IMG/VR virus record: IMGVR_UViG_3300013137_000010
Span: 19,241 to 83,240 of that record
Strand: one strand, 5' to 3'
Source: a virus
Length of the DNA: 64,000 nt
Within the stretch, counting starts at the first letter, position 1; each line of letters opens with the position of its first letter. A program made the translations under genes and the position numbers. Below, in pieces: positions 40,393-46,877 of the stretch. The notes beneath the pieces are model-generated. The model was not told where the DNA came from. It saw nothing but the letters and a program-made list of their open reading frames with translations, and ran no database searches.

Positions 40393-40436
40393 CATATCCG
40401 GGATGATCCTCTGTTGTATCGCAGAGCCCGGTCCAT

Positions 40437-40509
40437 GCGATTGTAGTTCAGTTGGTAGAATACTTCCTTGGTAAGGAAGAGGTCGTGAGATCGTAACTCA
40501 CCTTTCGCT
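40437..40509 (+). tRNA. tRNA-Thr(GGU)
   Basis: CTTCC-TTGGTAA-GGAAG; two U.U pairs in the acceptor stem; T loop ATCGTAA. Confidence 0.8.
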
Positions 40510-40518
40510 CTAAGATAA

Positions 40519-40656
40519 AGAATACATACAGCAACAAAAAAATGCATGGTTAGCAAAAAAAGTATTCTGTTCTTAAAAAATTATCTAAAGATTACATACA
40601 GCAATCTTAAAAAAGGACCAAACTTGTAATTTGAAATTCTGAAAAAATGTAATCTG
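40519..40656 (+). ncRNA. Two tandem CWGCAA stem-loop RNAs (copy A 40519-40569, copy B 40589-40656)
   Basis: AGAATAC..ACAGCAA..GTATTCTG and AGATTACA..ACAGCAA..TGTAATCTG. Confidence 0.6.
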
Positions 40657-40665
40657 TGATAAAAT

Positions 40666-40738
40666 GCGAATGTATATCAGCGGTAGATAGTCTGGTTGCC
40701 AACCAGAAGGTTCGTGGGTTCGAATCCCATCATTCGCT
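40666..40738 (+). tRNA. tRNA-Gly(GCC)
   Basis: GCGAATG/CATTCGC; TCTGG-TTGCCAA-CCAGA; canonical T arm. Confidence 0.9.
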
Positions 40739-40747
40739 CAGTAAATT

Positions 40748-40821
40748 GCGAAATGTAGCTTAACGGTAAAGTATCTGGCTTCCAACCAGAGGAAGGGGTT
40801 CGATTCCCACATTTCGCTCCA
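40748..40821 (+). tRNA. tRNA-Gly(UCC), 8/4-type fold, encoded CCA
   Basis: GCGAAATG/CATTTCGC; TCTGG-CTTCCAA-CCAGA. Confidence 0.85.
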
Positions 40822-40822
40822 T

Positions 40823-40900
40823 GCGAGCATAACTCAGTAGGTTCAGAGTACTTGTCTTACAAACAAGAAGTCGATGGTTCGACTCCATCTGTTCGCACCA
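40823..40900 (+). tRNA. tRNA-Val(UAC), encoded CCA
   Basis: CTTGT-CTTACAA-ACAAG; canonical cloverleaf. Confidence 0.92.
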
Positions 40901-40902
40901 AT

Positions 40903-40986
40903 GCTGATGTAGTATAGCGGCTATTACACTGGCTTTGTAACCCAGCGTCTGAGAAGACATCGTGAGTTCGAGTCTCACCATCAGCT
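40903..40986 (+). tRNA. tRNA-Thr(UGU) with a long variable arm
   Basis: GCTGATG/CATCAGC; loop TTTGTAA; variable arm GTCT-GAGA-AGAC. Confidence 0.8.
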
Positions 40987-40996
40987 CAAAATGAAT

Positions 40997-41163
40997 GGGA
41001 AATCAACGATGAAAAGGCGGATCGTACAGGCAACGAAAGTAATCCTGATTGGATAACGAATTGCGGATGCACCTATAGCGACCTTATTGAGGTGGTGAAA
41101 AAATGAGCAAGGGAAGCGCGTTACTAGTTACCAACGTCGCGGGTTCGAATCCCGCATTTTCCA
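40997..41163 (+). ncRNA. 167-nt tRNA-like RNA (acceptor stem plus T arm, large internal domain)
   Basis: GGGAAAT/ATTTTCC-A with G3.U70; GCGGG-TTCGAAT-CCCGC. Confidence 0.6.
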
Positions 41164-41207
41164 CAAAAAAATTAAAACTTTTTTTTTCATATTATAAAAG
41201 TAAATAT

Positions 41208-41280
41208 CGAGGATATGGTGTAACCTGGTAACACGGGGCATTTGGGATGCTCAGAAGCCGTTCAAATCGGATATCTTCGA
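41208..41280 (+). tRNA. tRNA-Pro(UGG), 8/4-type fold
   Basis: CGAGGATA/TATCTTCG; GGGCA-TTTGGGA-TGCTC. Confidence 0.8.
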
Positions 41281-41306
41281 CAACTCTGATAATCAGGTAT
41301 TTATAA

Positions 41307-41393
41307 GCCGAATTCCCATAGTGGTTGATTGGGCGTGACTTGTAATCACGAGGGTTTTTATACCCCGCACTGGTTCGAATCCAGTATTCGGCT
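41307..41393 (+). tRNA. tRNA-Thr(UGU) with a long variable arm
   Basis: GCCGAAT/ATTCGGC; CGTGA-CTTGTAA-TCACG; variable arm GGGT..ACCC. Confidence 0.8.
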
Positions 41394-41412
41394 CTCATAC
41401 CTAATAAAAAAT

Positions 41413-41445
41413 AAAAATTCATTTCTCTCTCGAAATGAATTTTTG
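41413..41445 (+). terminator. Possible intrinsic terminator
   Basis: AAAATTCATTTC/GAAATGAATTTTT inverted repeat. Confidence 0.5.
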
Positions 41446-41479
41446 ACTTAAAAATATTTATATATACAAATAAAAAAGT

Positions 41480-42151
41480 ATGAAGTGGTCTGAAGAAGAA
41501 GAAAATGATTTAATTTCTTTATTAGAAAATGGATTTACATATTTGGATATATCTATTAAATTAAATCGAACTAAAAAAAGTGTTAAAGAAAAAGCTAATA
41601 AGTGTGGACTTAATTTTAAGTCTTTCCTTAAAAAGGAGGCAAATAAATGCTTAGAGTGTAATAAAGATATTGAAAAAAATAAAAAATTCTGTTCATCATC
41701 ATGTTCTGCAAAACATAACAATAAAAAAAGAATTCACAAAGAATCAAATTGTATAGTTTGTGGAAACAAAACCAAAAAGTTTGGATACAAATTTTGTTCT
41801 AATAAATGTCAAATAGAACATCAATATGCTGTATATATTCAGAAGTGGAAAAATGATGAAGTTGATGGTGTGTCTGGTGAATATGGAACATCAAGATATA
41901 TAAAAAAATATTTATTTGAAAAGTTTAATGGAAAATGTACGAGATGTGGATGGGGTGAAAAAAATCAATATACAGGTAATATTCCATTAGAGATAGAGCA
42001 TAAAGATGGCAATAGTAAAAATAATAAAGAAGAAAATTTAACTCTATTATGTCCTAATTGTCATTCTTTAACAGAAACATATAAGGGTGCAAATAGAGGA
42101 AATGGTAGATATAATAGGCGAGAAAGATATAAAGATAAAAAATCATACTAA
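41480..42151 (+). CDS. HNH homing endonuclease
   Basis: 'FCS..C' repeats; 'LEIEHKDG...NLTLLCPNCH'. Confidence 0.88.
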   Translation: MKWSEEEENDLISLLENGFTYLDISIKLNRTKKSVKEKANKCGLNFKSFLKKEANKCLECNKDIEKNKKFCSSSCSAKHNNKKRIHKESNCIVCGNKTKKFGYKFCSNKCQIEHQYAVYIQKWKNDEVDGVSGEYGTSRYIKKYLFEKFNGKCTRCGWGEKNQYTGNIPLEIEHKDGNSKNNKEENLTLLCPNCHSLTETYKGANRGNGRYNRRERYKDKKSY

Positions 42152-42432
42152 GGTCCCGTAGCTCAGCTGGATAGAGCAACAGCCTTCAAAAGGAGCTTCA
42201 TAGATGAAAATGTGTGTCGAATGGTGTAAATTCAAAGAATGCTTAACAGGTAATGCTGATGTTAACTTTGAGCGAAGTTCTTGTATAAGAAAACGTGCAG
42301 AGACTATAATCACCCACCTAAGATAGAAATATTAAGGTGAAGGCATAGTCCAGACCACAAACAATAATTGGCAGTGAAAACTGTAGTGGTAGGCTAAGCT
42401 GTGGGTCATAGGTTTGAATCCTATCGGGATCA
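42152..42432 (+). tRNA. tRNA-Arg(UCU) interrupted by a group I intron (exons 42152-42186 and 42394-42432)
   Basis: Spliced anticodon arm ACAGC-CTT|CTAA-GCTGT; acceptor GGTCCCG/CGGGATC. Confidence 0.88.
42187..42393 (+). mobile_element. Group I intron, 207 nt, no ORF
   Basis: P1 CTT|C-AAAA-GGAG with U.G at the splice site; R-like CAGAGACTA and S-like AAGGCATAGTCC; terminal G at 42393. Confidence 0.85.
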
Positions 42433-42458
42433 CATATATTTTATATACATTTTATAAT

Positions 42459-42531
42459 GCCTTCTTAACTCAATTGGTAGAGTAGTTCTTTCGTAAAGAA
42501 CAAGTTATCGGTTCGAATCCGATAGTTGGCT
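42459..42531 (+). tRNA. tRNA-Thr(CGU)
   Basis: GTTCT-TTCGTAA-AGAAC; two U.U pairs in the acceptor stem. Confidence 0.85.
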
Positions 42532-42593
42532 CTTAAAATTCCTTAATTTTTTTATTTCAGAGTTTTTCCTTATCTTTGTAGTATTAAAACAAT

Positions 42594-42670
42594 GCCCTTG
42601 TATTGGCGGAGTTTCCTAAACTTTGTGTGCATAATGGATTAAAATGTGGGTTCAAGTCCCATCAAGGGTA
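42594..42670 (+). tRNA. D-arm-less tRNA-Arg(CCU)-like RNA, third copy
   Basis: GCCCTTG/CAAGGGT; GGAGT-TTCCTAA-ACTTT; GTGGG-TTCAAGT-CCCAT; own TATCTTTG promoter at 42571. Confidence 0.65.
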
Positions 42671-42716
42671 CAATTAAAAATTAAACAATTGGATTTTTTA
42701 TACTATAATATAGTAT

Positions 42717-43427
42717 ATGACAAAATTCGAAAAATATTTTATAGAACAAATAGAAAATTTTAAAACTTACCACTCCAATCTTGTTACACAGATAACAGAA
42801 GATGATGTTCATAAATTGAGAACAACACTGAAAAGATTAAGAACGTTAAATATTATATTAGATGGTTTACTTTTCAGAGAAAAAGATTTTCCAACAGAAC
42901 TTTCTAAATTATTCAAATCAGCAGGTGATATTAGGGACATTCATATTCAACAATCTATATTTAGAGAATATGATGATGAGTATAATAATTATTTAATGGA
43001 GTCTTACAAAAGTAAGATTGCTAAGTTTAAAATAAATTCCACTTATCAAAAAGAACTAGAATATCTAACGGATAAATTAAATAAAGTTAAAAACTATCAC
43101 ATAGAAGATGAGATAATAGGTAATATTGAGGCTAGAATAGATATTGGTCTTGATGAGATTCGTGATTTTTCAAATATTACACCAGAGAATTTACATGACA
43201 TAAGAAAAAAAATTAAGCATATATTTTATATTTTTATGATGTTAGGTATAGATAAAGTGAGTAACAATTTGGATGAGTTACAGGAAACTATTGGAACTTG
43301 GCATGATTATGATGTAGCAATTAATAATATTAAAAATTTCGATAATAATTTAGAGATTATAAAATCTCTAGAAAACAAAAGAGATTCACTATATAGCAAA
43401 TCTCTTAAATTACTCAAAAAAATATAG
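42717..43427 (+). CDS. CHAD domain protein
   Basis: 'VHKLRTTLKRLR', 'GDIRD', 'LHDIRKKIK', 'LQETIGTWHD'. Confidence 0.85.
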   Translation: MTKFEKYFIEQIENFKTYHSNLVTQITEDDVHKLRTTLKRLRTLNIILDGLLFREKDFPTELSKLFKSAGDIRDIHIQQSIFREYDDEYNNYLMESYKSKIAKFKINSTYQKELEYLTDKLNKVKNYHIEDEIIGNIEARIDIGLDEIRDFSNITPENLHDIRKKIKHIFYIFMMLGIDKVSNNLDELQETIGTWHDYDVAINNIKNFDNNLEIIKSLENKRDSLYSKSLKLLKKI

Positions 43428-43430
43428 AAT

Positions 43431-44231
43431 TTATAAGATACTTTCTCCTAAGAAATAATGGTTTCTTTTAGCTACTTTAATTTCACCTTTATATGATTCC
43501 TTATCAAAAAGGAGAATAGTTTGAGAACCCCATACAAAATATCCTAGTTTATCGGCAATTTCTATTTGATCACCTTTTTTAACGTAAAAATTAAAATCTT
43601 GAATAGCTGATTCTCCAACTAATAAAAAGAATACAGGCTTTTTTTCTGTTTCAAATTCTAAAAACCAAAGAGAATTCTTTCCAAATAATCCTAATTTTCT
43701 ATCAACAGGTGTAATTTTTTTAAGTCTACCTGAAATTGGTGAATGAATGTTATGATAATAGCTGAGATATAATTTCATATTAATGAACCAATAGTTTTCT
43801 GGTACTCCTAAATTCATTAAGTCTTTTGCGACTTCTGTAGCACTTTTTTTTAATCTAATAATACTTGATGTATCTTTAATTTGTCCTATTGATTCAATAT
43901 TACATTCATTTGGAATTATAATTTCAGATTTTAAGGATTGTTCTTTAATATCTTTGAATTTTTCTGATGTTAAGCTTCTGTTGAAAAAATCCATAAAATT
44001 TTCGTAACCATTTGTGAACCACTCCTGGTTTACTTCTTTGGTTTTTATTCTCCAGCTCTTATTATTTTTTGCATCTTTTTCTTTAAAACATTGAATCAGA
44101 TTATTTATATTTTGTTCTCCTATTTCTTTATACTTAACATGTTTAAGTTTTCCAAGTATGTATCTTTCGTGTCCCCTTTTAGATACTAACTCAAATAACT
44201 CTTCAAGAATTTTTTCTTCTGTCATCTTCAT
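43431..44231 (-). CDS. Phosphatidylserine decarboxylase-like protein
   Basis: 'FMDFFNRSL', 'YHNIHSPISG', 'LGYFVWGSQT' (GS cleavage-like motif). Confidence 0.7.
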   Translation of the reverse strand: MKMTEEKILEELFELVSKRGHERYILGKLKHVKYKEIGEQNINNLIQCFKEKDAKNNKSWRIKTKEVNQEWFTNGYENFMDFFNRSLTSEKFKDIKEQSLKSEIIIPNECNIESIGQIKDTSSIIRLKKSATEVAKDLMNLGVPENYWFINMKLYLSYYHNIHSPISGRLKKITPVDRKLGLFGKNSLWFLEFETEKKPVFFLLVGESAIQDFNFYVKKGDQIEIADKLGYFVWGSQTILLFDKESYKGEIKVAKRNHYFLGESIL

Positions 44232-45502
44232 TTGATTTTTTTTGTTATACTGATAGGTCTTTTTAAGGAATAAGGACTTATTCCAGATTTTAAAGCTAAT
44301 AGAATACCAGCGGCTTCCAGATAGCTTTTAGCTTTGAAGAATTGATTGTCATTCCAAGGTAAAAGGTCTAAATCATTCTTCATTAAGTTTGTTTCATCTT
44401 CTATTGCAACAACTGGAATGTTTTGTTCTAAAGCTGCAATCAAAGGTAGACCGATACATCTATCAGGCGTTACTAATGCGCTTATGTTTCTATTTGTGAT
44501 TATTCCAGATTCGTATGTCGGTGTAACTATTTTAGGCGTTAAATACATACCTTTAATAGTACAAAATAATTCGGTGGTAGAAAGTATTTCTGGTGTTTTT
44601 CTAGGATCCACTATTTCAAAAGGATATTCTAGAAACATTTTTTCGAGAACTGGCGCATGCGCGCAAGGTATATCATAAAGATTTGATATTGTATGAGTTA
44701 AAAGGCTTTCTGCGGATCCCCACGGATTAGCCATATTTTTTTCGCTATAATAATCATCTAATAGCTCTTGTGTATCACCGTTTAATAAAGTATATAGTAT
44801 AAATGAATCGTAATCATCTTTATATTTTTCTATAATATTTGTTAATTTTTCAAGATTTTCTATTTTACCAGTAGCCATTCCAAGATCATTATAAAATATT
44901 TCATAATATGGTGTATTATATAATTCAATAACATCTATTTCACAACCTAATGTTACTCTGGCAGCTGATGCCATATTGAGAGGTCTAAAATTATGATAAT
45001 AATTACTTTTATTTGTATCGTATATTAGTAATATTTTGTTTTTTCTTCTTGGAGCTAAGCCAATCGTACCCATCATGAATCTACTTAAAGTGCTACCTTC
45101 AACATATAGTGTATTACTAGTCATTTCGTTAATATCTGCCGCGTTTACAACATTTGGATGTGTAATAAGTGTATCTGCGATACTTCCTAAAAGTCTTGCT
45201 GATGGATTTCCATCACCAGAATTACCACCAACATCAGCTCTGATACCTGTTGGTATTATTTGTACTATGTTAAATTTTGTTTGATCTGTGAATAATGTTG
45301 GATTAAAATCAAAAATATTTTTATATTGATAATTATTAATATTTTCAATTTCAGCATACTCACATTCTATGATATCATCTTTATACTCAACTATGGCAAA
45401 TCTTGATATATTTTTATTTTTGAAAATTTCCTTTAATCTAATGAAATTTCCTTTCTTATCAAATTTAAATGATATTTTTTTATTTTTCTGAAAAACTTCC
45501 AT
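44228..45502 (-). CDS. DUF3326-like protein
   Basis: 'IIPTGI...GG..GD...LITHPNVVNA...YVEG', 'NPWGSAE...H', 'AHAP', 'YLEAAG'. Confidence 0.7.
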   Translation of the reverse strand: MEVFQKNKKISFKFDKKGNFIRLKEIFKNKNISRFAIVEYKDDIIECEYAEIENINNYQYKNIFDFNPTLFTDQTKFNIVQIIPTGIRADVGGNSGDGNPSARLLGSIADTLITHPNVVNAADINEMTSNTLYVEGSTLSRFMMGTIGLAPRRKNKILLIYDTNKSNYYHNFRPLNMASAARVTLGCEIDVIELYNTPYYEIFYNDLGMATGKIENLEKLTNIIEKYKDDYDSFILYTLLNGDTQELLDDYYSEKNMANPWGSAESLLTHTISNLYDIPCAHAPVLEKMFLEYPFEIVDPRKTPEILSTTELFCTIKGMYLTPKIVTPTYESGIITNRNISALVTPDRCIGLPLIAALEQNIPVVAIEDETNLMKNDLDLLPWNDNQFFKAKSYLEAAGILLALKSGISPYSLKRPISITKKIK

Positions 45503-46190
45503 CGTTATTTCTTATTAATTTTTTTATCAATTTGTAGCCGTTACACTCACCTTTATCTAATATTAATCTACTATAGTCAAAAAAATTCATCAGATTTTTG
45601 AAAGTCTTTATTTCAATAGTTTCACCTGTCGGAGATTTTAATACATAAATGACATGACAAAAACCTTTTTGTTTTCCACCACTATAATTTTGTCTCATTT
45701 TTTCTATACTTTCTTCCGAATGTTTTTTACCGAACATTCCATTTTTATTACCAGACAATAAACCTTTATGCTTATCGCTAATTTTTTTTCTAGTTTCTTC
45801 GGGGAGATGTTTTCCAAAAAGATAATGATTTTCACCTGATATTTTTTGAGATATTTTCTTTAGTATTTCTGATTTGTTTGGATTGTATGTATAAGTATCG
45901 CCTCCTTCACCACCAATAGAAATATTATAACCGTTTGGTACAAATGAATTTAGTTTTTTTATCCAATATTTTTCTCTTTCACACATTTCTTCAATAGTTT
46001 TACAAGTTTCTATGATTGATATTTCAAAATTGTTGACACCATATTTTTTAAAAGCTGAATAGAGTGGTCTATTTTCGTTATATTTTGATCTTTTTATATG
46101 TTTAATAAGTCTGGTGTTGATATCATCTTCTTTGGTCATACCAATATAAATTTTATGATTAATTTTATTTTCTATTTGATAAATAAACAT
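45480..46190 (-). CDS. GIY-YIG homing endonuclease with NUMOD3 repeats
   Basis: 'IYQIENKINHKIYIG', 'GYN...GGEGG', 'GKKHSEESIEKM'. Confidence 0.88.
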   Translation of the reverse strand: MFIYQIENKINHKIYIGMTKEDDINTRLIKHIKRSKYNENRPLYSAFKKYGVNNFEISIIETCKTIEEMCEREKYWIKKLNSFVPNGYNISIGGEGGDTYTYNPNKSEILKKISQKISGENHYLFGKHLPEETRKKISDKHKGLLSGNKNGMFGKKHSEESIEKMRQNYSGGKQKGFCHVIYVLKSPTGETIEIKTFKNLMNFFDYSRLILDKGECNGYKLIKKLIRNNDGSFSEK

Positions 46191-46365
46191 TATTTATTTT
46201 TTCTTATATATTATATTTTGATATGAATTTTTCTTAATTTTTACTTAAAAGTAGAAAAATTAGACATTTTTTAAAAAATATATAATTTTTGAAAAATATT
46301 TCAACTTTTATAAAAAGTCGAACTATCAATATATTCGTTCTTTGAAAATATTAAAAAATTATTGA

Positions 46366-46848
46366 TGAATACGCTGGCTTAAGTGCCGCACTGCAAAACC
46401 AAAAATATGCAAATTAAATATGGCTAATCGGAACCGTATTCAGTTAATTTTTTTAATAAATTGATATTACTCATAAAGAATACATTCTGCAAATGATTAA
46501 AAATCATACGACAAATAGGCAGAAGCTGTGATGTGTTAGTGTTTTTATACTTTTCTAAGTTCTCACTCGTCGAACACATCAACACCGGAAGGTGAGAAGC
46601 TTCAGACAAATAAAAAAATTTAGTAAAGAAAGTTTTATGAGGTTTTTGAGAAAAACTTCTTGTATTCTGTTGGGAGAAATTTTGTCACCACTCATGTTGA
46701 GTGGAGGACTTGGTTGTTCACATTACTGTAAATGTGAAAATTTAAAATCCCAACTAATGCATTATATGATGTAATAGTTGGGATTTTTTATTTTATTATT
46801 ATTTATTAACCTCTAGATTACTAACAGCAAAAAATAAAATGTAATCTG
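46366..46848 (+). ncRNA. Structured non-coding leader/RNA locus upstream of the DUF2828 gene (CWGCAA copies C, D and E, plus a terminator)
   Basis: Three motif stems, internal hairpins and a pseudoknot, terminator 46744-46787, boxA-like site at 46337. Confidence 0.55.
46744..46789 (+). terminator. Intrinsic terminator within the DUF2828 leader
   Basis: AAAATCCCAACTA/TAGTTGGGATTTT plus T run. Confidence 0.7.
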
Positions 46849-46877
46849 GATAAAAAATTAAAAAAAGGAGGTTTATT

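Noticed and set aside
40997-41163. Intron-containing tRNA or second tmRNA
   Set aside because: No group I R/S core or reconstructable anticodon arm, and too short for a tmRNA; the internal 15-codon ORF (41009-41056) is likely chance
39628-41422. Minus-strand ORFs in the track (39628, 40013, 40302, 40760, 41192)
   Set aside because: These are antisense shadows of tRNA genes
46424-46774. ORFs 46424-46609 (-) and 46592-46774 (+)
   Set aside because: They have no protein features and overlap a structured RNA region with a terminator
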